From Pyrinomonadaceae bacterium (GTDB lineage Bacteria > Acidobacteriota > Blastocatellia > Pyrinomonadales > Pyrinomonadaceae), in the NCBI GenBank assembly GCA_963715565.1, contig OY970256.1:2679836-2743835 (forward strand): DNA of 64,000 nucleotides, in the 5' to 3' direction. The stretch's first letter is position 1. Each line of letters begins with the position of its first letter. Below the pieces are notes generated by a model. That model was not told where the DNA came from. It searched no databases and worked only from the letters and a program-made list of their open reading frames with translations. This document shows, one piece after another, positions 16,200-25,158 of the stretch. Position numbers and translations under genes: made by a program.

Positions 16200-18353
16200 T
16201 TACTTGATTATCTCGAAATCAATCCATTGAGTAGTGATGCGCTCCTTCGGTTTAGCAAGGAGGTCTGTGACGATGACTTGTAAGACATATTCTCCCGGTG
16301 TCATGTCGGAGCCGAGTTGCAGACCGCTGCCTGCGACTAGGCGCGTGAAGTCCGTTTGATTCGTTACGTCTAAGGGCTGCGTCTGGCCCGTGAAGAGTAA
16401 GCGGCCTTCGCGGAAGAGTCGCAGTTGAGTTTGAATTTGCGGGCGGCGCGTTGCTTTATCAAGCTGCGCGTTGTAGATGACATAGCCGAACTGCATCACC
16501 ATTCCGCGACGAAAACGGCGCACGGCTGCTCCGGCCTGCGGGTCAAGCTCATCTTCCGCGCCTTCCGTATTGCTCGCGGCGCTGGCTTGCGCGCCGGCCT
16601 GTGCGGGGGGAGCGCCCTGCGCAGCCTTCGGCTCGTAGCCGTTGACGGCTATGCCTGAAAGCGTCAGCCGCTTTGTGATGTCCGGCACTTCTATGAACTG
16701 GCTGGCAGAGCCTACCTTCTCCGTGGCCGAATCGCGAATGGCTATGCGCAACTGGTACGCGCCGGGTTTCTTGATAGGCACGTTCAGAAAATAGACCAGC
16801 CCGTTCTTGAGCACGTTCTGGAAAGTCGCGCCGCGCACGCGAATCGTCTGCACCTTGTTGACCTGGTCAATCACCTGGCCGTTGTCGCCGAAGGTCACAG
16901 CCGCGACATCTATCACGGTCTTGTGCCAGCCGTCAGCTTCTTCCGTAAACGTCAATTCGCGCGCATCTATGTAGAGAAGCGAGCGCATGAAAGAACCCAT
17001 GCGTGCGTCGTTGCCAAAGAGCGAGGTCAGCCTGAGGTCTATAGCGTTAGCGTTGAAAGGAGAGATGAGCGCGCCTGCCATCTGCTGTTCGCGCGTGCGG
17101 CGCACGGACGCCACCTGCTCATCCGTCACGCCGTAAAAGCCCGTGCGCGAGCGAACCTGCAAGCCGCTGCGCTTTACCTTGACGCCTATTTTGTGAAAGA
17201 GCCGCTGCCCCGTCTTTTGATTGAAGGTAGATTCTTCAGGGCGATAGCCTATGAGATAGTAGCCGCTCTGGTCTTCCATCACACGACGTATGCCGCCGCT
17301 CAGGTCGTTACTGTTGCGAATGTTAAAGCCGCCCGTCTGCTGCGACAGATAGATGAGGCCGCCCTGCGTGTCGTAGAATCTATCACGACGCTGTTGCAGC
17401 TTAGCGATATCATCCCCTGTGCCTCTGATGTCGTCGGCGGCTGTCAGGCCAAGCGTTTGCAGCCCGCGCGCATCCATCGTGTAGATGACGACCGACGCGC
17501 GATTTGCCAGATCGGTAAAACGCTCCAAGTTCGGAGTATTGATACCGATGCCGTCGGAGATGAGCAGCACGGACTTGCGACCCGGCATCTCTCTTAAACC
17601 ACGCACCACGTAGTTGAGCGCGCCGAGCGTGCCGATGGCAGAGACCTGCGAGCGAAACGCATCCGCCTCGCGCGCCTTGCGATTTATATCCTCATGAAAC
17701 TGCTCATCTCCCTCTCTGGCAGATTCGATAGCATCGCCTGTAATCGGAGGAACGCCGCTGACGCCGCCGCCGCCCCTCAGGTTCCAGCGAATGCGCTCGA
17801 TGGCGGCGTAGAGTTGTCGCTTGTCGGACGTGAATTGCTGAAGGACGCCGATGCCGCCGCCCGTGCGAATGATGGCGACTAAATCGCCGGGCTGCATCTC
17901 TTCATCGACAAACTTCTTAACTGCGCGCCGCACGTCGCCGATGCTTTCAAAAGAGAGTGTGAGGTCGTCTACGACAATCGCCATCGTGCGTTGCACCTGT
18001 TCGCGGCGCAGGGGCACGGGAGGCACAGGCGGAGCCAGTTTATCGCTCTTCGTAGCAACAGCAGCGGGCGACTGTGTGGCAGCAGGCCGTGTCGCGGTCG
18101 AGACGTACGAAAGATTGGTGATCTTCTGCGGGCGGCCATCTTCCGTAATCTCGAAATCTTCCGCCCTGAGGTCTGTCACGGGCTGGCCCTTTTTGTCGGT
18201 CACGACGGCGTCAATCTGTACTAGGTTGGTCGTGATGCGTACGACTTCGTCCTGAGCAGCGTCTTGTTCGGATGTCTGCTTAGGTGTCTGCCCGTAGGCC
18301 GAGACAAAAAGCGAAAGGGAGAGAAGCAGGGCAAGCGAGGAACGTTTATTCAT
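16200..18353 (-). CDS. secreted VWFA-domain protein (acidobacterial TIGR03436-like), paralog 1
   Basis: Signal peptide, N-terminal VVRITTNLVQIDAVVTDKKGQPVTDL module and a VWA-like core (AIVVDDLTLSFES). Its C-terminal ~100 aa are nearly identical to the neighbouring paralog. Confidence 0.8.
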   Translation of the reverse strand: MNKRSSLALLLSLSLFVSAYGQTPKQTSEQDAAQDEVVRITTNLVQIDAVVTDKKGQPVTDLRAEDFEITEDGRPQKITNLSYVSTATRPAATQSPAAVATKSDKLAPPVPPVPLRREQVQRTMAIVVDDLTLSFESIGDVRRAVKKFVDEEMQPGDLVAIIRTGGGIGVLQQFTSDKRQLYAAIERIRWNLRGGGGVSGVPPITGDAIESAREGDEQFHEDINRKAREADAFRSQVSAIGTLGALNYVVRGLREMPGRKSVLLISDGIGINTPNLERFTDLANRASVVIYTMDARGLQTLGLTAADDIRGTGDDIAKLQQRRDRFYDTQGGLIYLSQQTGGFNIRNSNDLSGGIRRVMEDQSGYYLIGYRPEESTFNQKTGQRLFHKIGVKVKRSGLQVRSRTGFYGVTDEQVASVRRTREQQMAGALISPFNANAIDLRLTSLFGNDARMGSFMRSLLYIDARELTFTEEADGWHKTVIDVAAVTFGDNGQVIDQVNKVQTIRVRGATFQNVLKNGLVYFLNVPIKKPGAYQLRIAIRDSATEKVGSASQFIEVPDITKRLTLSGIAVNGYEPKAAQGAPPAQAGAQASAASNTEGAEDELDPQAGAAVRRFRRGMVMQFGYVIYNAQLDKATRRPQIQTQLRLFREGRLLFTGQTQPLDVTNQTDFTRLVAGSGLQLGSDMTPGEYVLQVIVTDLLAKPKERITTQWIDFEIIK

Positions 18354-18431
18354 CTATCGTCTCCTGAATTTCCTGAGCTTTCAGTTGCGCCTTTTCATTC
18401 ATCATTGCGTCATTCAGATTTCCGCACTGCT

Positions 18432-20765
18432 TTATTGCGCTATCTCGAAATCAATCCATTGAGTAGTGATGCGTTCCTTGGGTTTGGCGAGGAGGTCTGT
18501 GACGACAAGTTGCAGGACGTACTCGCCGGGAGTTATGTCGGAGCCGAGCTGCAAACCACCGCCCGCGACTAGGCGCGTGAAGTCCGTTTGATTCGTCATG
18601 TTCAATGGCTGTGTCTTACCTGTAAAGATTAAGCGGCCTTCGCGGAAGAGGCGCAGTTGAGTTTGAATTTGCGGGCGGCGCGTTGCTTTATCAAGCTGCG
18701 CGTTGTAGATAACGTAGCCGAACTGCATCACCATCCCTCTACGAAAACGGCGCACCGCTGCACTGGCCTGTGCGTCCGACTCTTCGGATGCGCCCTCTGT
18801 GTTGCCTGTCGCTGCGGGAGGCGTGGCGGCGACGGCAGTAGTCGGCGTGGCCGTTGACGGAGCTATAGAATTTGTCGCTGTGCCCGCGTTCGACACTGTG
18901 TCTGTGTTTGATGCTGTGCCTGCGTTTGTTGCCGTGCCCGCCGTAGTTTTGTTCGCTATGATCTTCGGGTCGTAACCGCTGACGACCAGGCCCGAGAGCG
19001 TGAGCCGCTTTTTGGCGAGATTGGGGACTTCTATAAACTGGCTGGCAGAGCCGACGCGCTCGGTCGTCGCATCTCGCACGGCGATGCGTAGCTGGTACGC
19101 GCCAGCCTTCTTGACCGGCACGTTCAGGAAATAGACAAGGCCGTTTCTGAGCACACGCTGGTAGATCTCGCCGCGCACGCGGATGGTCTGCGTTTTGTTG
19201 AGCCTATCGACGACCTGTCCTTCCTCGCCGAAAGTGAGCGCCATGACATCCATCACGGTCTTGTGCCAGCCGTCCGCCTCCTTTGTAAAGGTCAGGTCTC
19301 TGGCATCTATGTAAAGCAGCGAGCGCATGAAGGAGCCCGTGCGCGCTTCGTTGCCGAAGAGCGAAGTCAGGCGCAGGTCTATAGCATCCGTGTTAAATGG
19401 CGAAGCGATTGCGCCGAGCATCTGTTCGGCGCGTGTGCGGCGCACCGCGACAGCCGTTTCATCCGTCACACCATAAAAGCCCGTCCGCGAGCGAACGCTC
19501 AGACCGCCACGCTTTACCTTGACCGTAATCTTGTGAAAGCTCCTGCGCCCGGTCTGCGTGTCAAACGTGGATTCTGCGGGGCGGTAAGCAATCAAGTAAT
19601 AGCCCTTCTGGTCTTCGAGGACGCGGCCCACGCCTTCGCTCAAATTATTTGTGTTGCGCACGTTGAAGCCGCCCGTTTGCTGCGCCAGGTAAATCAGCCC
19701 GCTCTGTGTGTCGAACATCTCTTCGCGGCGGCTAGACAACTGCGTTTCGACCTGTTCGGCGGTCATCCCGGAAACATCATCCGCCGCTGTTATCCCTAAA
19801 GTTTGAAGCCCGCGCGCGTCCATCGTGTAGATGACGACAGAGGCGCGGTTGGCTAAATCGGTCAGGCGTCGCAGCGCTTCCAGAACGCGACCGCTATCAT
19901 TGCCTTTATTGAAGAGGCTAAAGCCGTCGGAGATGAGCAACACGGACTTGCGACCGGGAAGGTCTCTTAATCCGCGCACGATGTAGTTGAGCGCGCCCAG
20001 TGTTCCGACCGAAAAGATTTCCGAGCGTAAAGCGTTCAATTCATCCGATGCGCTGCGCGGAGCCCCGACGCCCGTGTCGTCCGAATTATCTTCATCATTC
20101 ACACTCTCACTCTCTGATGAAGATGATGCTATCGCGTCTTGCGTAATCGGCGCAAAGGGGGTTGCGCCAGCGCCGCCGCGCATGTTCCAGCGCACGCGCT
20201 CTATGGCGGCGTAGAGCTGTTGCTTATCGCTTGTGAACTGCTGCAAAGCGCCGATGCCGCTTCCAGTGCGAATGATGGCGACTAAATCTCCGGGCTGCAT
20301 CTGCTCGTCCACAAATTTTTTGAGCATGCGCCGGACGTAAGCAGTGCTCTCGAACGAAAGCTGCAGGTCGTCAACCACGAGCGCGATGGTGCGCCGCACC
20401 TGTTCGGGCCGCAGGCGCACGGGAGGCGCGGGCGCTCCCTGTTTATCAGAAGGAGCAGGCGTAGCCGTCTCTGTCTTGGGAGATGCAATCGAGACGTAGG
20501 AAAGATTTGTAATCTCCTGCCGCTTTCCGTCTTCGTAAATCTCAAAATCAGCGCTGGTGAGGTCCGTGACCTGCTGGCCCTTTTTGTCCGTGACGACGGC
20601 ATCCACCTGCACTAGGTTGGTGGTGATGCGTACGACCTCGTCCTCTTCTGGCTGTTGCGGCTGCGGTGTCACAGCCGGAGTCTGGCCCTGAGCAGTCGAA
20701 AAGGCGGCGCACACAAAGAGCGCGGCTATGAGCAGTAGTTGTGCGAGCGAGGAAAGTTTGTTCAT
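18432..20765 (-). CDS. secreted VWFA-domain protein (TIGR03436-like), paralog 2, with T/A/N-rich insert
   Basis: Same architecture as 16200-18353. Start taken at MNKLSSLAQLLLIAALF (signal peptide). Contains a low-complexity insert ANKTTAGTATNAGTASNTDTVSNAGTATNS. Confidence 0.8.
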   Translation of the reverse strand: MNKLSSLAQLLLIAALFVCAAFSTAQGQTPAVTPQPQQPEEDEVVRITTNLVQVDAVVTDKKGQQVTDLTSADFEIYEDGKRQEITNLSYVSIASPKTETATPAPSDKQGAPAPPVRLRPEQVRRTIALVVDDLQLSFESTAYVRRMLKKFVDEQMQPGDLVAIIRTGSGIGALQQFTSDKQQLYAAIERVRWNMRGGAGATPFAPITQDAIASSSSESESVNDEDNSDDTGVGAPRSASDELNALRSEIFSVGTLGALNYIVRGLRDLPGRKSVLLISDGFSLFNKGNDSGRVLEALRRLTDLANRASVVIYTMDARGLQTLGITAADDVSGMTAEQVETQLSSRREEMFDTQSGLIYLAQQTGGFNVRNTNNLSEGVGRVLEDQKGYYLIAYRPAESTFDTQTGRRSFHKITVKVKRGGLSVRSRTGFYGVTDETAVAVRRTRAEQMLGAIASPFNTDAIDLRLTSLFGNEARTGSFMRSLLYIDARDLTFTKEADGWHKTVMDVMALTFGEEGQVVDRLNKTQTIRVRGEIYQRVLRNGLVYFLNVPVKKAGAYQLRIAVRDATTERVGSASQFIEVPNLAKKRLTLSGLVVSGYDPKIIANKTTAGTATNAGTASNTDTVSNAGTATNSIAPSTATPTTAVAATPPAATGNTEGASEESDAQASAAVRRFRRGMVMQFGYVIYNAQLDKATRRPQIQTQLRLFREGRLIFTGKTQPLNMTNQTDFTRLVAGGGLQLGSDITPGEYVLQLVVTDLLAKPKERITTQWIDFEIAQ

Positions 20766-20919
20766 CGACAATCTCCAAAATCCACGGCGCGCTCGATTCG
20801 GGGAGAGGGTCGCGGGCCAGGGCGTTTCAGGCTTTAAGTTCAGCAAATGGCGACTGGCATTTTCCAGTTTGATGTGCCATGCTTTCCGACTGAATCAACT
20901 ACAACCGGGAGGAGCAATA

Positions 20920-21360
20920 ATGCCAGAGCAGGCGAAAAAAGGCGATACGGCAAAGGTCCACTACACGGGCCGTTTGGAGAGCGGAGAGGTTTTTGATTCA
21001 TCACGCGACGGCGACCCACTGGAATTCGAGGTCGGCTCGGGACAGGTCATCGCGGGCTTTGACGAAGGCATCGAGGGCATGACGGTTGGAGATCAAAAGA
21101 CCATCGAGATCGAGCCGACGGAAGCTTACGGGCAGCGCGTCGATGCGCTCATACAATCAATCGGTCGCGAAGGCATCAAGCTCGACCGCGAGCCTGAAGT
21201 CGGCATGCGCCTCGGGCTCCAATTGCCCGACGGCAACGAGATTCCCGTCACCATCACGGAAGTCACGCCCGACTCAATCACGATTGACGCCAATCACCCG
21301 CTCGCAGGCCAGAAGCTCATCTTCGACGTCGAGCTGGTCGACGTCAAACAAGCAGCGTAA
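20920..21360 (+). CDS. slyD: FKBP-type peptidyl-prolyl isomerase with insert-in-flap domain (SlyD-like, no His-rich tail)
   Basis: KVHYTGRLESGEVFDSS, VIAGFDEGIEGM and HPLAGQKLIFDVELV motifs. GGAGGAG RBS upstream of ATG 20920. Confidence 0.85.
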   Translation: MPEQAKKGDTAKVHYTGRLESGEVFDSSRDGDPLEFEVGSGQVIAGFDEGIEGMTVGDQKTIEIEPTEAYGQRVDALIQSIGREGIKLDREPEVGMRLGLQLPDGNEIPVTITEVTPDSITIDANHPLAGQKLIFDVELVDVKQAA

Positions 21361-21446
21361 AAGCAATGCAAAGTGCAAAATGCAGAATGCAGAATGAAAA
21401 GAAAGAGCTTCTTTAATTCTGCATTTTGCACTTTGACTTTTGCATT
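21359..21446. repeat. unit-built hairpin, family A
   Basis: AAAGCAATGCAAAGTGCAAAATGCAGAATGCAGAAT ... ATTCTGCATTTTGCACTTTGACTTTTGCATT. Fills the convergent gap between slyD and the NYN gene. Confidence 0.9.
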
Positions 21447-21925
21447 TATTCTTCGTCTTCCGGCCCGACGCCGAAGTAGCGCATCCAGTCGGGCAGGTCT
21501 CCTTCGGCGACCGTGTCGTTTTCTTCGGGCGCATCTTCTCTTCCCTTTGCAGCTTCATCAAGGCGGCGTCGGAAATCACCGGAGCGCATGACCTGTGCGC
21601 CCAGTGCACGCACGTAAGCGGCGAGCGCGCGGTCGGAGGTGACGACCACGAGCGTCTTGCGCTCGCGCGAATGTTCGGCCAGTTCTTTGATGCGCTCGTC
21701 TGCGTTTGACCCGCGCGCTGCATAAAAAAGGCGCACGCCCCTGTAGGTCGAGCCGTCTGCAAAGTGCTGCTCGGGCGCGCCGTCGAACACGACCGTCACG
21801 CTCACGCGCCGCGAGCGCATGAGTTCCGCCGCTTCATTCATCAAACGACGCCGCGCCGCAGGCTTGTCCCTGTGCCAGCCCACCCTCTGCGCCATCACGT
21901 TGTTGCCGTCAACCAGGTAAGGCAT
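21446..21925 (-). CDS. NYN/PIN-like (YacP-type) predicted ribonuclease
   Basis: MPYLVDGNNV N-terminus, VVFDG and VVVTSDRAL motifs; 159 aa. Confidence 0.7.
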   Translation of the reverse strand: MPYLVDGNNVMAQRVGWHRDKPAARRRLMNEAAELMRSRRVSVTVVFDGAPEQHFADGSTYRGVRLFYAARGSNADERIKELAEHSRERKTLVVVTSDRALAAYVRALGAQVMRSGDFRRRLDEAAKGREDAPEENDTVAEGDLPDWMRYFGVGPEDEE

Positions 21926-21931
21926 AAGAGA

Positions 21932-22015
21932 ATTTTCGATTTTGGATTTGCGATTTGCGATTTAAAAGAAAAAGCTTTGTTGCTTTCTTTAAATCGCAAA
22001 TCCAAAATCGAAAAT
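21932..22015. repeat. unit-built hairpin, family F (GATTTKS heptamers)
   Basis: ATTTTCGATTTTGGATTTGCGATTTGCGATTTAAAAGAAA ... TTTCTTTAAATCGCAAATCCAAAATCGAAAAT. Lies between the nth stop and the NYN gene start. Confidence 0.85.
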
Positions 22016-22018
22016 TAC

Positions 22019-22732
22019 TTATATCACTGTCTGACCGTAATCGCAGTACTCGACGATTGGGCAGCGTTCGCACAAGGGGTCGCGCGGGCGGCAAAGAGTG
22101 CGACCGTGGCGTATGAGGTTGACGTGAAAGGAATAGAATTTTCCCTCGGGCACTGTGCGGTTCATGATTTCGTGTGCGCGACGGTCGGTGCATTTTTGCG
22201 GGATGAGGCCGACGCGGCGCAGTATGCGGAAGATGTGCGTGTCGAGCGGGAAGACCTCTTTGCGACAGGCGAACAGCAGCGTACACGCGATGGTCTTCGG
22301 GCCGATGCCGCGAAATTGTTGTAAATAGCTTGTGGCCGCTTCCTCGTCCAGCTCATGCAGAAAATCGAGGTCGAGCGTGCCGTGCTCATCTTTAATTTGT
22401 CGCAGGAGGTCTTTGATGACCGTCGCTTTCTGATTGCTGAGGCCGCCTTCGCGTATGGTCGTGGCAATGGTTTCGGTGCGTGCGCGCAGAACTTTGTCCC
22501 AGGTGGGAAAGCGTTTTTTGAGCGCGGCAAAGGTACGCCTGCTGTTGGTGTCCGAGGTGGCCTGCGACAAAATAATCTTGACGAGCATGTCCAAGGGATC
22601 GGACGAACGACGGTTCAAGGGCACGCCGTAAACGCGCTCAAGATTCTGTATGATGTAGTGTACGGGTTTGTCTGTGGCGGAAAATTCTTCCGCTTCCCGG
22701 TTGGCCGTCTTACCCGGCGAGGACGCGCTCAT
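22019..22732 (-). CDS. nth: endonuclease III-family HhH-GPD DNA glycosylase with [4Fe-4S] loop
   Basis: HhH-GPD core (ILSQATSD..., GIGPKT) and Cys cluster CRPRDPLCERCPIVEYC. Confidence 0.8.
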   Translation of the reverse strand: MSASSPGKTANREAEEFSATDKPVHYIIQNLERVYGVPLNRRSSDPLDMLVKIILSQATSDTNSRRTFAALKKRFPTWDKVLRARTETIATTIREGGLSNQKATVIKDLLRQIKDEHGTLDLDFLHELDEEAATSYLQQFRGIGPKTIACTLLFACRKEVFPLDTHIFRILRRVGLIPQKCTDRRAHEIMNRTVPEGKFYSFHVNLIRHGRTLCRPRDPLCERCPIVEYCDYGQTVI

Positions 22733-23834
22733 AAAAATTTATGTACTGTGGGATAACAAGGTCCGTGCTGTAACGAGAGACGGCGGATTCGCGCGCGCGC
22801 GTGCCCATCTCGCGTCTGAAATCTTCATCCTTGAGCAAGCGCGCAGCGTCCGCGCTCATCTTTTCCACGTCGCCTACGTCGCTCAAAAATCCGGTCTCGC
22901 CGTCCGTCACGACTTCCGGAATGCCGCCGACGCGAGAGGCTATGACGGGCACTTCGCAAGCCATCGCTTCGAGCGCCGCAAGCCCGAAAGATTCCTGCTC
23001 GCTGGGAAGCAGGAGCACGTCCGCGACCGAAAGATAATCTACAATCTTCGGCTGCTTGCCGACGAACACGCAGAACTCTGCGACGTTCAGACAGCGCGCG
23101 CGGTGCTCTACGTTGACGCGCTCCGGCCCGTCGCCGACCATCACGAGCCGCGCGTTCACGCCTCTTTGCCTCGTGCGCGCCAGAATCTCCACGCAATCGA
23201 CGGGTCGCTTGACGGGCCGAAAGTTTGAGACGTGAACCAGAAGCCGCTCGCCGTTCGGCGCAAGCTCCGCGCGCAGGGCTTCGTTCGGATGTCTTTGATA
23301 ATCCGAGTCGCAGATAAAATTCGGAATCACTTCGATGCGGTTAAACTGAAAAGTCTCTTCCGTCTCGCGCTTCAGGTAATGCGAGATGGCCGTCACACCG
23401 TCCGACTGTGCGATGCCGTAGCGCGTGATGGGCAGGTAGGAACGGTCTGCGCCGACGAGCGTGATGTCCGTGCCATGCAGCGTTGTAATTACTGGAAGAC
23501 GGCGTTGCGGCTTCAAAGATTCGCGCGCGAGGATGGCGCTGATGGAATGCGGGATGGCGTAATGCACATGGAGCAGGTCAAGATTTTCATGCTCGGCGAC
23601 GGTCGCCATCTTGGTCGCCAAAGCGAGCGTGTACGGCTGATGCTCAAAGAGCGGGTAAGACATCATCTCAACTTCGTGAAAGCGCACGCGCTCGTTCAAT
23701 TCCGTCAGGCGTGTGGGCAAAGCCGAAGCTATAAAATGCACCGTGTGCCCGCGCGCGGCCAGCTCCTTGCCCAGCTCGGAGCCGACAATCCCGCTTCCAC
23801 CGTAAGTCGGATAAACAGTGATGCCGATGTTCAT
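22710..23834 (-). CDS. bshA: GT4 glycosyltransferase, most like N-acetyl-alpha-D-glucosaminyl L-malate synthase BshA
   Basis: N-terminus MNIGITVYPTYGGSGIVGSELGKELAARGHTVHFI is BshA-like. GT4 C-terminal motif ESFGLAALEAMACEVPVIASRVGGIPEVV. A BshB1-like deacetylase lies 3 kb away. Confidence 0.72.
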   Translation of the reverse strand: MNIGITVYPTYGGSGIVGSELGKELAARGHTVHFIASALPTRLTELNERVRFHEVEMMSYPLFEHQPYTLALATKMATVAEHENLDLLHVHYAIPHSISAILARESLKPQRRLPVITTLHGTDITLVGADRSYLPITRYGIAQSDGVTAISHYLKRETEETFQFNRIEVIPNFICDSDYQRHPNEALRAELAPNGERLLVHVSNFRPVKRPVDCVEILARTRQRGVNARLVMVGDGPERVNVEHRARCLNVAEFCVFVGKQPKIVDYLSVADVLLLPSEQESFGLAALEAMACEVPVIASRVGGIPEVVTDGETGFLSDVGDVEKMSADAARLLKDEDFRREMGTRARESAVSRYSTDLVIPQYINFYERVLAG

Positions 23835-23838
23835 GATG

Positions 23839-23920
23839 CAGTTTTCAGTTTTTAGTTTTCAGTTTTCAGAAAAGACGGGCAGGCTTGTGCTCTTTTCTGA
23901 AAACTGAAAACTAAAAACTG
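23839..23920. repeat. unit-built hairpin, family E (GTTTTCA heptamers)
   Basis: CAGTTTTCAGTTTTTAGTTTTCAGTTTTCAGAAAAG ... CTTTTCTGAAAACTGAAAACTAAAAACTG. Starts 4 nt upstream of the bshA start codon. Confidence 0.85.
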
Positions 23921-23984
23921 TTTGCTGATTTTACCAGTAAGCGTGATTGAAGTCCCGGCGGGAGCGGGCGTGCAATGAGGGCAC

Positions 23985-24030
23985 AAAAAAATTCGAGAGG
24001 CAGACAACCCTCGCAATTGTCTGCCTCTCG
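23985..24030 (-). terminator. intrinsic terminator on the minus strand with no annotated gene upstream of it
   Basis: 14-bp stem CGAGAGGCAGACAA (23994-24007) with TTGTCTGCCTCTCG (24017-24030), 9-nt loop. On the minus strand it is followed by GAA then T7 (complement of 23985-23991). Confidence 0.7.
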
Positions 24031-24370
24031 TCCTCAACTTGTCTCACCTGTAAAGGGGGGTCAAGCGAGGGATAGAATTGTACGGTTGCTGACGTAGTCT
24101 TAGCAATACTCCTTTTGGGGGATATTTCTGTTAAATTTTTGGGTCAAAACTAAATAAAGCCCGGTAAAATTACGGTGCTACAGAGCGCGGCCCCAACGCA
24201 TCAAATTGTCTTGCGCCGGAGAGCCGAGATTGCGTATGGGACGTTGACTGCTCCGGTGCGCTTCGGCAAAGAGCCGTGAAAGAGAGTATAATTCAGTTAT
24301 TCTTTTACTCGTACTTATTTAGACGCGCGCTTTTAGAGAGACAACCAGCGCGCAGAGCTTTGGAGATGTG

Positions 24371-24931
24371 ATGCCGAAAATCAGTGACATACAGGAAACG
24401 CCGAATCCGAACGCGGTCAAATTTATACTCAAAGAGCCCGTCAGCAACGGCACGGCCCGCCAGTTTGCTTCCAGCGCCGATGCCGCAGACGACCCTTTGG
24501 CCCGCGCGCTTTTTGAAGTGGGCGAAGTCGCCTCCGTGTTCTACATGGACCGTATGATTACGGTCGAGAAGGGGGACGAGGCGGATTGGGACGAGTTGTT
24601 GCCGAAATTGGCCGTGCCGATTCGCGCCGCCGAATCGACGACCGAAGCGGCCAGCGCCGCAGCCGCAGCCGTTGGTGGAGCCATCGCGGCTGTGACGAGC
24701 GACGACCCGCGTCTCGTACGTATCAACGAAATTCTGGACGAGCGCATACGTCCAGCCCTAGCGGGCGACGGTGGCTGGCTGGAGGTGCTGAGCTTGAAAG
24801 AACACACGCTCGCCATACGCTATCAGGGCGCGTGCGGCAGTTGTCCAAGCTCACTGTCGGGGACGTTGATGGCTATCGAAGGAATGCTCAGGGCCGAAGT
24901 AGACCCGGAGCTAGAAGTCATCGCGGCCTAA
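24371..24931 (+). CDS. nfu: Nfu-type Fe-S cluster carrier (Nfu_N + NifU C-terminal domain)
   Basis: [13 protein letters not shown]-domain and a C-domain with CGSCPSS. ATG 24371 is preferred to the GTG at 24368. Confidence 0.8.
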   Translation: MPKISDIQETPNPNAVKFILKEPVSNGTARQFASSADAADDPLARALFEVGEVASVFYMDRMITVEKGDEADWDELLPKLAVPIRAAESTTEAASAAAAAVGGAIAAVTSDDPRLVRINEILDERIRPALAGDGGWLEVLSLKEHTLAIRYQGACGSCPSSLSGTLMAIEGMLRAEVDPELEVIAA

Positions 24932-24960
24932 ACGCGGCTCTTTTCATCAAGCAGAACGGA

Positions 24961-24997
24961 AGCGGCGAGTCCTTTGGGGGAACTCGCCGCTTTTTTC
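24961..24997 (+). terminator. intrinsic terminator after nfu
   Basis: AGCGGCGAGT-CCTTTGGGGGA-ACTCGCCGCT followed by TTTTTT. Confidence 0.8.
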
Positions 24998-25158
24998 AGA
25001 GTAGCATCTTCCTATCCTTCTTTTTCTATAATTACTTCGCGGCGGAAATTAGTTCCCTGAATTTGTCTTTTCGGAACTGACGGGCGCTCTGCGCGTGTAA
25101 TAATGCGGTCGGAATCACGCCTGCAAGTACCAGAATCAAGCTATCAACAGGAGCAGAA

